A stretch of 64,000 nucleotides of DNA from an uncultured bacterium (GCA_965368975.1 CBDUPA010000013.1:64001-128000); one strand, 5' to 3'. Shown: positions 38,673 through 48,905, counted from the stretch's first letter. Notes: generated by a model not told the origin, from the sequence alone. Numbers and translations are program-made.

Positions 38673-41600
38673 ATGCAATGCACCCAGTGCCAGTTCGACA
38701 ACCCGCCGGGCATGAAGTTCTGCGGCCAGTGCGGTCAGCCGCTGCCCCGAGCCTGTCCGCAGTGCGGAACCCCCGTGGTCGCCGGTTTCAAATTCTGCGG
38801 CGAGTGCGGCACGCCCCTGTCGACGGACACGCCGGCCGTCGCTCCAGGAGCCGCCACGCCAGCCGCCACGCCGGCCGTCGCTGCAGCCACAGTCGCACCA
38901 GCCCGCGCCCCGAATCACAGCGAACGTGCCCCGATGCACAGCGAAGGTGTCCCGACGCACAGTGAACGCAAACCGGCGACCGTCCTGGCCTGCGAGCTGG
39001 TCGCGGACGGTGGCGGCCACGTCGACGCGGAGGACCTGCACAGCCGCCTGAACCGTTTCCTCGACCTGGCACGCGAAGAGATCCGTCGCTATGAGGGCAC
39101 CCTCGGGCACTTCGGGGCACGAGGCTTCCTGGCACTCTTCGGGGCACCGATCGCCCACGAGGACCACGCGCAGCGCGCAGCCCTGACCGCATTGGCACTG
39201 CAACGCCTGATCCTCGACCACCGCGACGAGTTCCGCACCGCTGCTGGCGTCCAGTTGAGTATCCGTATCGGACTCGACACGGGCGAAGTCGTGGTTGGCG
39301 GTAGCGGTGATCTGGCGGTCGGCGACGCCATCGACCATGCCGAAGAACTCCGGCGGTGCGCCGATGGTGGGCAGATCCGCCTCAGCTCCGCTACGGCCCT
39401 GCTGGTCGCGGACGAAGTCGAGGTCATTCCTCTCGACGGCGACAACGGTGACGTCTTCGAGTTGCACCACGGCGATCCCGAGGCCACCGAGACCGACGAG
39501 TTCCGAGGCACCCTGAGCCCCTTCGTCGGTCGCCGGCGCGAACTCGACGTGCTCGAAGAACTGCGTGAACTCGCCGCCGCCAGCCAAGGCCAGATCGTCG
39601 GCGTCAGCGGCGAAGCCGGGGCCGGCAAGTCGCGGCTGATGCACGAGTTCCGCAAGCGCTTGCAGGGGCAGCGCATTAGCTACCTGCTCGGTCAGTGCCG
39701 CTCGTACGGCCCAGGCATCCCGTACCTCCCCCTCCAGGACATGGTACGCCGCGGCTCACACATCGCGCGCGGCGACGATTCCGCGACCCTGACCCAAAAG
39801 CTACGCGGCAGCCTGGAGAACCTGGGTGTCGATCTCGAGCAGGATCTCCCCCCCTTGCTGCAGCTGCTCGGAGTCGAGGCGGGAACCGAGAGCCTGCAAG
39901 GCCTCGAGCCGCAGGCCTTGCGGCAGCGTCAGTTCGCCGCCATGCGCCGCATGCTGCTCCAGGCCAGCCGCGGTTCCCTGGTCGTCATCGTGCTCGAAGA
40001 CCTGCACTGGATCGACAGCACGTCCGAAGAGTTCCTCGCCTCCATCGTCGAGGGTATGGCGGCCAGCCGCATCCTGCTCCTACTCACCTATCGCTCCGGC
40101 TACCAGCCACCGTGGATGGACCGCTCCTATGCCACGCAGATCCCCATGCGCCGACTGTCAGTACAGCACAGTCGCGAGATCCTCGCCGCCATGCTGCGGC
40201 GCAGTGGCCTACCGGATGCTGACGTCGCGGCCCTGGATAACAGCTCCGTCCTCGACAAGGCCGAGGGCAACCCCTTCTTTCTCGAAGAGCTGGCGCGCGC
40301 CCTGGCCGAACGTGCCAGCCAAGCGCCGGGCCAGACCGGTCCGCCCGTGCCAGACACCATCCAGGGCGTCCTGATGGCGCGCATCGACCGCCTGCCCGAA
40401 CGCCACAAGCATCTATTGCAGACAGCCTCTGTCCTCGGTCGCGAGTTCAGCGGCGAGTTGCTGCAAGGCGTCTGGGGCGGCGAGAGCGGTGATGCCAGCA
40501 GCAAGGCCGAAGAGACGCTGCAAGAGTTGCAGCGCTGGGAATTCCTGCACCGCCTACCAACGACGCCCGCCAGCTTCGCCTTCCGGCATGCGCTGACCCA
40601 GGAAGTGGCCTACCAGAGCCTGCTCAACGAACGCCGCCAGGCGCTGCACGCCCGTGCCGCGAGCGTCCTCGAAGGACTCCATGCCGACCACCCCGAAGCC
40701 GCCTACGACCGCCTCGCCTACCACTACCCACGCGCTGGCAATGCGCAGAAGACCGTGCACTACCTATCGCTCTTCGCTCGCCACGCCGCCAGCACTTATG
40801 CCCACGCCGAGGCAGTCACCGCGCTCACCGAGGCTCTCGGCTACGCCGAACGTCTGCCGGCCGAGGAACGCGATCGTCGATCCCTCGAACTGCTGCTCGA
40901 CCTGGTCAGCTCGCTGTTCCCGCTCGCTCGCTTCCCGCAGAGTCTCGAGGTGCTCGAGCAGCACCGTCAACGTCTCGACCAGGTCGACGATGCGGGCCTC
41001 CACGGACGCTTCCACTTCTGGCTCGCCCACACGCACACCTACCTCGGTGATTCCGAGGCCGCCACCGAGCATGCACAGCTGGCCATCAAGGCCGCGCGCC
41101 GAGCTGGCGACGAGGCGACCGAGGGCAAGGCCCACTACGTCCTCGGCCGCGACGGTTTCTGGGCCGGTCACCTCGAAGAAGGCTTGGAGCACAGCCTCCG
41201 TGCCATCGTCTTGCTGGAGCGCAACGACGAGCCCTGGTGGCAAGGCCAAGCGCATTGGGTCGCCGGCTACCACCACTTCCTGCTCGGGCACGCTGACGAG
41301 GCCCTGGCCGAGATGGCGCGCGCAGGTCGCATCGGCGAAGCCCTCGACGACTCCCGCCTCGACACCTCGTGGTCCACCGGTTTCTTCCACGCCGCCCTCG
41401 GCGATGCCGACCGCGGCATCGAGTTGTGCCAGCAAGGCGTCGAACGCTCCCAGGATCCGCTCAACACCGCAGCGTCCCTCGGCTTCCTCGGCTACGCCTA
41501 CCTGCAGCAGGGCGACCTCGGGCGTGCCGTCGATACCCTGCGAGATTCCATCCATCGCCTGGAAGCTGCAGGCATGCTGCAGTTGTGGGGCTGGTTCCAG

Positions 41601-41777
41601 GTTTACCTGGCACAGGCTTACGAGGCGCGAGAGCAGGTCGATCTGGCGCGCGAGACCGCCGAGCAGGCCTTGGACCTGAACCGGAAAGCCAAGTTCGCCT
41701 ACGGCATCGAGATCGCCGAATCGACGCTGGCGTCGCTGTCTTCCTCGGCATCTCCCCCGGTGAACACGCCCGCCTGA
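38673..41777 (+). CDS. Double zinc ribbon + degenerate adenylate/guanylate cyclase + STAND-type ATPase + TPR protein
   Basis: Four CxxC pairs (KFCGQCG, KFCGECG); ALFGAPIAHEDHA; GEAGAGKS; LEDLHW; GNPFFLEE; FRHALTQEVAY; helical C-terminus. Confidence 0.88.
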   Translation: MQCTQCQFDNPPGMKFCGQCGQPLPRACPQCGTPVVAGFKFCGECGTPLSTDTPAVAPGAATPAATPAVAAATVAPARAPNHSERAPMHSEGVPTHSERKPATVLACELVADGGGHVDAEDLHSRLNRFLDLAREEIRRYEGTLGHFGARGFLALFGAPIAHEDHAQRAALTALALQRLILDHRDEFRTAAGVQLSIRIGLDTGEVVVGGSGDLAVGDAIDHAEELRRCADGGQIRLSSATALLVADEVEVIPLDGDNGDVFELHHGDPEATETDEFRGTLSPFVGRRRELDVLEELRELAAASQGQIVGVSGEAGAGKSRLMHEFRKRLQGQRISYLLGQCRSYGPGIPYLPLQDMVRRGSHIARGDDSATLTQKLRGSLENLGVDLEQDLPPLLQLLGVEAGTESLQGLEPQALRQRQFAAMRRMLLQASRGSLVVIVLEDLHWIDSTSEEFLASIVEGMAASRILLLLTYRSGYQPPWMDRSYATQIPMRRLSVQHSREILAAMLRRSGLPDADVAALDNSSVLDKAEGNPFFLEELARALAERASQAPGQTGPPVPDTIQGVLMARIDRLPERHKHLLQTASVLGREFSGELLQGVWGGESGDASSKAEETLQELQRWEFLHRLPTTPASFAFRHALTQEVAYQSLLNERRQALHARAASVLEGLHADHPEAAYDRLAYHYPRAGNAQKTVHYLSLFARHAASTYAHAEAVTALTEALGYAERLPAEERDRRSLELLLDLVSSLFPLARFPQSLEVLEQHRQRLDQVDDAGLHGRFHFWLAHTHTYLGDSEAATEHAQLAIKAARRAGDEATEGKAHYVLGRDGFWAGHLEEGLEHSLRAIVLLERNDEPWWQGQAHWVAGYHHFLLGHADEALAEMARAGRIGEALDDSRLDTSWSTGFFHAALGDADRGIELCQQGVERSQDPLNTAASLGFLGYAYLQQGDLGRAVDTLRDSIHRLEAAGMLQLWGWFQVYLAQAYEAREQVDLARETAEQALDLNRKAKFAYGIEIAESTLASLSSSASPPVNTPA

Positions 41778-42754
41778 GTCGTCGCGCGCCGCACCGCCCT
41801 GGCATGACGTCGCGCCGCTTCTGCCTGCTGGCGCAGGAGGTAAACCTTCGCTGAAGTCGGCTTGCCCGGTTCCAGCACCAACTTGAAGTGGCTGAGCAGG
41901 CGCACCCACGTCAGGTCCTGCCCCGGCCAGGCAAAGATGGTGTCCTTCTGCGTTTCGGTGCACAAGCCCGCCGCCACCAGACGATCTGTCAGCGCCAACC
42001 AGCGCGCTTCGCGGCTGGGCAAGCGCCGGTACGATCCCTCCAGGCCGATGCGCGAGCCGACCGCGTCGCTCACCTCGAACGAGAGGTGGAGTCGATCGAC
42101 ATCGTCGAGAATCTGGACCGCTTCGGTCAACTGTGCCGCCGGAACCGCCTCGTGCGTCCCTTCACCTCGCGCGCGTGCCAGATACGAGTCGACCTCCTGA
42201 AGAGGAACACCGAACAGCTCGAGCCGCAGCGCCCGCAGACCGCGAGCACGGAGGTCATAGGCGTAGAGCGGAAACGCATCGGCGGGCAAAGCGTCCAGGC
42301 AGAGCTCCAAAGTTCCGCGCCAGCTATCCGGTAAGGAACCGCCGACCAGCGCCGGCGCAAGCTGCTGTAGGAACCAAGCCCGGTCCAGGGGTCGTGTCAG
42401 CGTCCAGCACACGACCGGTACCACCGACTGCGCCGCTGACGGTTCGCCTGGCTCGCCTCGACCGAGATCGAACTCCAACCAAAGCGACGGTACGTAGCCA
42501 GCCTGCCACCAGGGCTCCCAAGTGGCACGCAACTCGGCGAAGCGTTCGTCCTCTCCCAGGTCGGACGGCCGCTCAACCTTGACCGAAAGGTCCACCGCTG
42601 AGTCAGCCGCCTTCGAACCGAGGCGGCACTCCAGCGCTTGCAACAATCCAGCAGGCAAGGAATCTGACTGCTGCCGGACACACAAAAGCGCCCGAGCCGT
42701 CGCCAGCTCAGGTGCCAGGTAACTTTCGAGATGCCCTGAACGGGCTGACGTCAA
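41699..42754 (-). CDS. Uncharacterised putative peptide-modifying enzyme (possibly ABBA prenyltransferase-like)
   Basis: TTG start overlaps the precursor stop (TTGA); motifs LWLEFD, RIGLE, LSHFKL, AKVYL; fold is a guess. Confidence 0.55.
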   Translation of the reverse strand: MTSARSGHLESYLAPELATARALLCVRQQSDSLPAGLLQALECRLGSKAADSAVDLSVKVERPSDLGEDERFAELRATWEPWWQAGYVPSLWLEFDLGRGEPGEPSAAQSVVPVVCWTLTRPLDRAWFLQQLAPALVGGSLPDSWRGTLELCLDALPADAFPLYAYDLRARGLRALRLELFGVPLQEVDSYLARARGEGTHEAVPAAQLTEAVQILDDVDRLHLSFEVSDAVGSRIGLEGSYRRLPSREARWLALTDRLVAAGLCTETQKDTIFAWPGQDLTWVRLLSHFKLVLEPGKPTSAKVYLLRQQAEAARRHARAVRRATTQAGVFTGGDAEEDSDASVDSAISMP

Positions 42755-42894
42755 CCGCCGCCGCCGGTGGTCGTGGTGGAGCCATCTCCCGGCTCCGTCC
42801 AGCCACCCGCGACCTCTTCCAAATCGTCCTCGGACAGCTCAGTGACCTCGACGTCCTCGTTCTCGTCCCGTAGATCTTGTTCCTGCTCTTGCAT
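42751..42894 (-). CDS. Double-glycine RiPP precursor, 47 aa: MQEQEQDLRDENEDVEVTELSEDDLEEVAGG|WTEPGDGSTTTTGGGG
   Basis: Hand translation; GGAGAG RBS; ELSxxxLxxVAGG leader. Confidence 0.88.
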   Translation of the reverse strand: MQEQEQDLRDENEDVEVTELSEDDLEEVAGGWTEPGDGSTTTTGGGG

Positions 42895-42926
42895 GTACTC
42901 TCTCCGTTGGATCGGTGGCTATAGAC

Positions 42927-43076
42927 CTAGTTACTGCCGCCACCCTTGCCCGGCTTGGGGTCGGCCCAGCCGCCCGCCAAACCTTCCATGTCCTTCTCGC
43001 TCAACTCGGTGACTTCCTTGCCCTCTGACTCGATCTCAGATTCGGGCTTCTCGTCTCTTGGCTGCGGATCTTCCAT
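42927..43076 (-). CDS. Double-glycine RiPP precursor, 49 aa: MEDPQPRDEKPESEIESEGKEVTELSEKDMEGLAGG|WADPKPGKGGGSN
   Basis: Hand translation; AAGGAG RBS; leader homologous to its neighbour. Confidence 0.88.
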   Translation of the reverse strand: MEDPQPRDEKPESEIESEGKEVTELSEKDMEGLAGGWADPKPGKGGGSN

Positions 43077-43099
43077 GACGGGCTCCTTGAATCATGAGA

Positions 43100-43127
43100 A
43101 ATCTAGCTCCTAGCCTAGTGGCGTCAA
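43100..43127 (-). promoter_or_regulatory. Candidate sigma70 promoter for the Trp-core precursors
   Basis: TTGACG-N16-TAGATT on the minus strand just upstream of the RBS. Confidence 0.4.
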
Positions 43128-43366
43128 GTAGACTCCACCGCCAGCCGATTTGTCAATCTTCGCCAGCTAGCCAGCCACGCAGCTCGTTGCCGCAGGAAAT
43201 CCGGGGGGTGGAGTTGGTCCCCCCCACCCGGAACCCGGCACAGCTGCGTACGAGGTTCCTGTCGGACACCGTGCCATCCACGGCCGCGAAGGAACTCGGG
43301 CACACCATGTGCTTGAAATGCTACAGACTCGCCACTCATTCCGCGCTCAATACAGAGCAGCATTTC

Positions 43367-43396
43367 TTGACACCTCCCATTCTTGCGCTGTAGTAT
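43367..43396 (+). promoter_or_regulatory. Candidate sigma70 promoter for the radical SAM gene
   Basis: TTGACA-N18-TAGTAT. Confidence 0.5.
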
Positions 43397-43464
43397 CCTC
43401 AATTAAGGGCTAGTTGATTCATGAGTCGTTCTTCGCAACTCGTTTACGGTATTGAGGAGGTTTC

Positions 43465-44916
43465 ATGCCTGCCGGAGTGTCCGAAAAACTCAACGTCTTA
43501 CCTCAGTCCCCGCTCGACGCTACTCCAGAGTGCCTAGCTTCTGCCCAACAAAGTAAGCCCAAGGCTACTGCTCATTGGATTCCGTCTCATTACAATATAC
43601 GGGCTCTCACCGAAGATGGCCGCCTCGTGCTCTGGAATACCTATCGCGGCTCCATGAGCGTATTCCCTGCTGACCAAACTAGCTATATCCGAGGCCTCCT
43701 CAAGAAGGGAGGAATTCACGGAAAAGCCGAAGGTCTCTTGGATTATCTTGTGCAAAAAGGTTTCATGATTTCCGCAGATGCAAATGAATATCGCCAGGTT
43801 CAAACGGCAATTCACCGTCAGCAGTTTCGAACGGACAGACAGGAACTGATTCTGCTCGCGTCCGAGGACTGTAATTTTCGCTGCCGGTACTGTTATGAAG
43901 ACTTTGCCAGAGGCACGATGCTTCCAGAAGTGCGCTCCGGCATCAAAAGCTTCATCCACAAATCACTGAAGCGCCTCACGTCCCTCCACATCAGCTGGTT
44001 CGGTGGAGAGCCGTTGTATGGCTTCTCTGCGATCGAAGATCTTGGCCCGTTCTTTGTCGAAGAATGTGAGAAGAACGAAATTTTCCTGTCCTCTCACATG
44101 ACCACGAATGGTTACCTCCTAACACCTGAAGTCGCAGGCAAGCTCTTGTCCTGGAAGATCAATGACTTTCAAGTGACAATGGATGGGCTACAAGAAGAGC
44201 ACGATTGTAATCGACCAACCCGGGACGGAGAAGGCACCTTCCAGACGATCTTCAACAACCTCGTGAGCCTGAGCAAAAGAGATGACTCTTTCTTGGTCAG
44301 CATTCGAGTCAACTATGACCAGGAGAATGCACCTCGGCTCGATGAGTTCGTCCCCTTGATCGAAAAGCACTTTGCGTACGATGAAAGGTTCCGCTTGGAC
44401 CTTCATCCAATCGGCCAATGGGGTGGTGAAAACGACGAATCCCTCCAAGTCTGCGGCAAAGAAGATTCTCGGAAGCTTCAAGCAAGGCTGAGAGCAGAGG
44501 CTCACCGAAGAGGCATTCAGGTAGGTACCCTGCGCGAAGCCAATCGGCTTGGAGGCGAGGTCTGCTATGCAGCTCGGCCCTACAACCTCCTGATCGGAGC
44601 AACCGGCAAGATAATGAAGTGCACCGTCACGCTGGATACTCAAGAGGAAAATGTTGTAGGCGTGCTCCATGAGGATGGGACTGTCGAGATCAATGACGAC
44701 AGGATGGCGCTATGGACGGAACCCGCCTTTGAGACCGACGAACAATGCCAGAAGTGCGTTGTTCTCCCTACCTGTCAGGGGACACACTGCCCACTGATCC
44801 GCATCCGGACCGGCAACTCCCCATGCAGTGGCCTGAGGCTAGGAGCGAAACCCCAGTTACTAGAGGCCCTCCAGTTTCGATCAGATAAACTGAGACAAAA
44901 AACTGTGTCTTCTTGA
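43465..44916 (+). CDS. Radical SAM/SPASM peptide maturase with N-terminal RRE-like region
   Basis: CNFRCRYC; WFGGEP; SPASM CYAA...GKIMKC...CQKCVVLPTCQGTHC; SHYN...LWNT N-terminus; GAGGAGG RBS; lower GC than flanks. Confidence 0.92.
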   Translation: MPAGVSEKLNVLPQSPLDATPECLASAQQSKPKATAHWIPSHYNIRALTEDGRLVLWNTYRGSMSVFPADQTSYIRGLLKKGGIHGKAEGLLDYLVQKGFMISADANEYRQVQTAIHRQQFRTDRQELILLASEDCNFRCRYCYEDFARGTMLPEVRSGIKSFIHKSLKRLTSLHISWFGGEPLYGFSAIEDLGPFFVEECEKNEIFLSSHMTTNGYLLTPEVAGKLLSWKINDFQVTMDGLQEEHDCNRPTRDGEGTFQTIFNNLVSLSKRDDSFLVSIRVNYDQENAPRLDEFVPLIEKHFAYDERFRLDLHPIGQWGGENDESLQVCGKEDSRKLQARLRAEAHRRGIQVGTLREANRLGGEVCYAARPYNLLIGATGKIMKCTVTLDTQEENVVGVLHEDGTVEINDDRMALWTEPAFETDEQCQKCVVLPTCQGTHCPLIRIRTGNSPCSGLRLGAKPQLLEALQFRSDKLRQKTVSS

Positions 44917-44957
44917 CCTTTAGTGGAGAGAAGCACCAAGAGGTAGTTCTGCCGACG

Positions 44958-44973
44958 TGGCGGAACATCTGCA
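44958..44973 (+). promoter_or_regulatory. Candidate sigma54 (-24/-12) promoter for the Cys-containing precursor
   Basis: TGGCGGAACATCTGCA: GG-N10-GC spacing, ending 44 nt before the ATG. Confidence 0.45.
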
Positions 44974-45016
44974 TATCACAAGGGCACTGAAGCCCTAAAA
45001 TGAGGAGAGATTGGCA

Positions 45017-45151
45017 ATGAGCGAATCCGTCAAGATCCAGGGAAAAGAGTTGGAAGTTCAAGAACTAAATGATGAAGCTCTGGAAGATGTCGCAGGCGGC
45101 ACCAAGGACACCAACCAGTGCACCGTCATCAATATCTGCAGCGCTGAATAA
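45017..45151 (+). CDS. Double-glycine RiPP precursor, 44 aa: MSESVKIQGKELEVQELNDEALEDVAGG|TKDTNQCTVINICSAE
   Basis: Hand translation; GAGGAG RBS; directly downstream of the rSAM/SPASM gene. Confidence 0.9.
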   Translation: MSESVKIQGKELEVQELNDEALEDVAGGTKDTNQCTVINICSAE

Positions 45152-45181
45152 GCCCGCTATCCCACGATAGCTCTTTGGTGA

Positions 45182-45234
45182 GAGTCGTAGTCGGGGTTTC
45201 CCGACCGAGAATTGGAAGCCCCGACTACCGACTC
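45182..45234. terminator. Long stem-loop between convergent genes
   Basis: GAGTCGTAGTCGGGGTTTCC ... GGAAGCCCCGACTACCGACTC near-perfect inverted repeat. Confidence 0.7.
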
Positions 45235-45310
45235 ACTAGCTGGCGCGTATCTCGATCAAGACCAACCTCCTAGCAGTTGGGCCTTATCCACCTCTAGATC
45301 AAACCGAAGG

Positions 45311-46090
45311 TCACCGCGCTATTTCAGGATTCCCACTTTGGGCTCTCAGCCCCCACACCACCACCTCGACGCCCGTCGAGAAGTGCAGAAAACTCGGCTC
45401 CCCTCCCACTCCTGACACAGCCCACTCCAGCACCCCGTTCTCCCCAACCTCCGCCTCCGCCCGCTGCAACGGCCACGGTACATGGTGCACTTCCGCCCGG
45501 TACAGCCTCCCCCGCCTCGACGCCGCATACAGGCAGTAGCGCTCCGTCAGAAAGTGTTCAATCGTCCCCGGCTTCGCCAGCTCGACGTCGGTCGTCGGCC
45601 TGTAGCGGATCTCCAGCCGCGACGCATCGCCTTTCTCTCGCCGCCGTGACCTGACCCGGAACTCTTCCCCATCGCCGTGAAAGTCGATCGAAGCATGCTT
45701 GTAGGGTAGATGAAAGAAGCGCCGCGCCGCCCACACAGCGAGTGGATTCGATGCATCCAGGCTGAAGAACCAGACTCCCGGTTTGCCGCCGTGGGTGACG
45801 TAGGTACGCACGTTGATTTCCGGAAACGCGGAAACCCACGGGAGATTGGGCAGTGGTCGTCGCATTACGCCTTCCATGCGAAAGGGAACGACGCCGATCC
45901 AGGCAGTGCCATCGAACTCGTCGAGTTCCAGCGCCTCTGGGATCAGTGGCCGCAGCGTCGACGCCTTGACCGGCCAGTGGGCGAAGAGTAGATCACGCCA
46001 CTCCTGGCGCCAGGTCCACCGCCTTTTCGGCAGGGGCCAGGGACGGTGATCAATCTGGGCGAAGGCAGGGTGACGCATAGAATCCTTCAC
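45311..46090 (-). CDS. YqjF/DUF2071 family protein
   Basis: [40 protein letters not shown]. Confidence 0.9.
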   Translation of the reverse strand: MKDSMRHPAFAQIDHRPWPLPKRRWTWRQEWRDLLFAHWPVKASTLRPLIPEALELDEFDGTAWIGVVPFRMEGVMRRPLPNLPWVSAFPEINVRTYVTHGGKPGVWFFSLDASNPLAVWAARRFFHLPYKHASIDFHGDGEEFRVRSRRREKGDASRLEIRYRPTTDVELAKPGTIEHFLTERYCLYAASRRGRLYRAEVHHVPWPLQRAEAEVGENGVLEWAVSGVGGEPSFLHFSTGVEVVVWGLRAQSGNPEIAR

Positions 46091-48081
46091 CCCGTATAGA
46101 TCTGTACTTCCCGCAAGGCCTTCAGCTTGTCCCGCAACGCCGCCGCCTGCTCGAACTCTAGGTTCTTGGCCGCCACTTTCATCTCTTTCTCCAACCGCTT
46201 GATCTGCTTGGCCAGCGTCTCGCCTTCGCGCGCTTCCCCGATGTCCGACGCCTTGACGACGCCGATATCGTAGTAGTCGAGATTCGCCAGGGCGACGAGG
46301 GGGCTGTGGATGTCCTTGAGGATGGTGGCGGGCTCGATGCCATGCTCGATGTTGTAGGCGTGCTGGGTCTCGCGGCGACGGGTAGTCTCCTCCATCGCAC
46401 GGTGCATGCTCTTGGTAATGCGATCGGCGTAGAAGATGACGTGACTGCCGACATTACGGGCGGCGCGGCCGGCAGTTTGGATGAGGGAGGTTTCGGAGCG
46501 CAGGAAACCCTCCTTGTCGGCGTCGAGAATCGCTACCAAAGAGACTTCCGGAAGGTCGAGACCTTCGCGCAGCAGATTGATGCCGACCAGGATGTCGAAC
46601 TCGCCTCTGCGCAGGCCGGTGATGATCTCGACGCGTTCGAGGGTCTCGATGTCGCTGTGCATGTAGCGTACGCGCATGTCGAGTTCACCCAGGTACTGGC
46701 TCAGCTCCTCGGACATGCGTTTGGTCAGGGTGGTCACCAGGACGCGCTCGCCTTTGTCGATCACCTTGCGCACCTCGGCGACCAGGTCGTCGACCTGACC
46801 CTGCGCTGGACGCACCTCGATCTCGGGGTCGAGCAGGCCCGTGGGGCGGATCAGCTGCTCGACGACGACGCCACCAGTGCGCTCTAGCTCGAACGGAGCC
46901 GGCGTCGCCGAGACGTAGATGCGCTGGCCGACTTTTTCGTCGAACTCTTCGAACTTGAGGGGGCGGTTATCGAGGGCGCTGGGTAGACGGAAACCGAAGT
47001 CGACCAGCGTCTGCTTGCGCGAGCGATCGCCGTGGTACATGGCGCGCACTTGCGGCATCGTTTGGTGACTCTCGTCGACCACCAGCAAGAAGTCGTCGGG
47101 CAGATAGCTGAGCAGCGTCGGGGGGGCTTCGCCGGGCGCGCTGCCGGAGAGATGACGCGAGTAGTTCTCGATACCGTGGCAGAAGCCGATTTCCTGCAGC
47201 ATCTCGAGATCGAAGCGGGTGCGCTGCTCCAGGCGTTGGGCTTCGAGTAGCTTGTTCTCCGCCTCTAGCACGGCCAGGCGTTCTTGCAGCTCTTCGCGGA
47301 TAGTCTCCATGGCGCGCAACATGCGCTCGCGCGGCGTCACGTAGTGGGTCTTGGGGAAGACCGCGACGCGGCTGACTTCGTCCAGCACGTGACCGCGCAA
47401 CGGGTCGAAACGCGTGATGCGCTCGATCTCGTCACCGAAGTACTCGACGCGCACGCCGACGTCCTCATAGGCCGGCTGAATCTCGAGCACGTCGCCACGC
47501 ACGCGGAAGGCTCCGTGGTAGAGGTCCATGTTGGTGCGCTCGTACTGCATCGCCACAAGCTGCTTGAGTGCCTGCTCGAGACCGCTCTCATCGCCCTGCT
47601 CGAAGAAGTGCAGCATGCCGAAGAAAGCATCCGGCGAGCCGAGGCCGTAGATGCACGACACCGACGCGACGATCAACACATCACGACGCTCGAACAGCGC
47701 CTTGGTGGCGCGCAAGCGCAGGCGGTCGATCTCTTCGTTGATGCTGGTTTCTTTTTCGATGTAGGTGTCGCTGGCAGGGACGTAGGCTTCGGGCTGGTAG
47801 TAGTCGTAGTAGGAAACGAAGTACTCGACGGCGTTGTGCGGGAAGAAGCTGCGGAACTCTTGGAACAGCTGTGCCGCCAGCGTCTTGTTGTGCGACAGCA
47901 CCAGCGTCGGACGGTTCAAGGTCTGCACGACCTGGGCGATGGTGAAGGTCTTGCCGGAGCCGGTGACACCGAGCAGGACTTGCTCCTTGTCGCCCGCTTC
48001 GGCGCGTTCGACCAGGGCTTCGATGGCCGCGGGTTGGTCACCCTGGGGGGTGAAGGGGGAAACGATTTGGAAGTCTGGCAT
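46087..48081 (-). CDS. uvrB: Excinuclease ABC subunit B
   Basis: [46 protein letters not shown]-terminal UVR domain. Confidence 0.98.
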   Translation of the reverse strand: MPDFQIVSPFTPQGDQPAAIEALVERAEAGDKEQVLLGVTGSGKTFTIAQVVQTLNRPTLVLSHNKTLAAQLFQEFRSFFPHNAVEYFVSYYDYYQPEAYVPASDTYIEKETSINEEIDRLRLRATKALFERRDVLIVASVSCIYGLGSPDAFFGMLHFFEQGDESGLEQALKQLVAMQYERTNMDLYHGAFRVRGDVLEIQPAYEDVGVRVEYFGDEIERITRFDPLRGHVLDEVSRVAVFPKTHYVTPRERMLRAMETIREELQERLAVLEAENKLLEAQRLEQRTRFDLEMLQEIGFCHGIENYSRHLSGSAPGEAPPTLLSYLPDDFLLVVDESHQTMPQVRAMYHGDRSRKQTLVDFGFRLPSALDNRPLKFEEFDEKVGQRIYVSATPAPFELERTGGVVVEQLIRPTGLLDPEIEVRPAQGQVDDLVAEVRKVIDKGERVLVTTLTKRMSEELSQYLGELDMRVRYMHSDIETLERVEIITGLRRGEFDILVGINLLREGLDLPEVSLVAILDADKEGFLRSETSLIQTAGRAARNVGSHVIFYADRITKSMHRAMEETTRRRETQHAYNIEHGIEPATILKDIHSPLVALANLDYYDIGVVKASDIGEAREGETLAKQIKRLEKEMKVAAKNLEFEQAAALRDKLKALREVQIYTG

Positions 48082-48093
48082 GGCGCAGGAATC

Positions 48094-48885
48094 CTATACT
48101 CCGGCCTGGGCTACCGGTGTCGAAGTTCTGACCAGACGCCGAATCTCGTCGTAGCCATGGACATGCTGCCCCGGACGCCCCTGCAGAGCCGCTTGTACCA
48201 TCGCTCGAGCCAGTACCTGGGCGCGCAGCGGCCGGTAGGCGCGCAGCGGCCCGACGAGCAATGGCGATAGGACCCAGCTCACCACGCCCCCCAGCTTCTC
48301 CAGCCAGCGGGGGGCTTCGTCCGGACGTTTGCCGAGCAACATGCTGGGCCGGAAGACCTGCAGCGACGGATAGTCCAACACCGCGACGGACGCCTCCGCG
48401 TCCGCCTTGACGCGCAGAAAGAAATTCGGCACGTGCGGCGCGGTGCCTGCCGAGGTGATCAGCAGGAAGCGCTGAGCGCCGGCCTGGCGGGCGTGATAGG
48501 CCAGTTTGGCGACGTAGCCGTGGTCGACGCGGCGGTACTCGGCGCGCGGCGTGCTGCGTGCCAGCGGAGCCCCGAGGCAGCAGAAAATATCGTCGCCGGT
48601 CATCCAAGAAAGGTGTCGGTGCAGGTCGTCGAACTCGAGCTCGTGCTCGACCAGCTTCGGATGCGTGCGACCACTGGCGCGCCGACCCAGCGTCACGACT
48701 CTCGTGTACCGCGGCTCGGCGAGCACTACCTCGAGGAGGTAATGTCCGACCAACCCCGTCGCACCCGCGATCACGGCCGTGCGGCCGGCGCCGGTCTTCC
48801 CTGCTGACGGAACTTCCCCTGCGCGCGGAGCTGCCCTTTCTGTAGGAAGAAGTGAGGCCGAAGGAGCTGTAGCGGAGGCGGTCAC
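48094..48885 (-). CDS. NAD(P)H-binding atypical SDR (YraR/TIP30-like)
   Basis: GATGLVG, FCCLG, RPSMLLG motifs. Confidence 0.85.
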   Translation of the reverse strand: MTASATAPSASLLPTERAAPRAGEVPSAGKTGAGRTAVIAGATGLVGHYLLEVVLAEPRYTRVVTLGRRASGRTHPKLVEHELEFDDLHRHLSWMTGDDIFCCLGAPLARSTPRAEYRRVDHGYVAKLAYHARQAGAQRFLLITSAGTAPHVPNFFLRVKADAEASVAVLDYPSLQVFRPSMLLGKRPDEAPRWLEKLGGVVSWVLSPLLVGPLRAYRPLRAQVLARAMVQAALQGRPGQHVHGYDEIRRLVRTSTPVAQAGV

Positions 48886-48905
48886 GGCGCTATCATACAG
48901 GCTTC

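Noticed and set aside
41699-41830. C-terminal tail of the 351-aa ORF overlapping the cyclase gene by 79 bp
   Set aside because: Likely incidental extension past the KVYL end; no evidence of function
42751-43076. Trp-core peptides as cyclophane (triceptide) substrates of the divergent rSAM
   Set aside because: Not excluded, since W-x-D/E could fit, but the rSAM has its own downstream Cys precursor and these two are coupled to a different enzyme
43298-43313. Sigma54-like GGGCACACCATGTGCT upstream of the rSAM gene
   Set aside because: Spacing is right but the match is weaker, and a good sigma70 candidate lies closer to the gene
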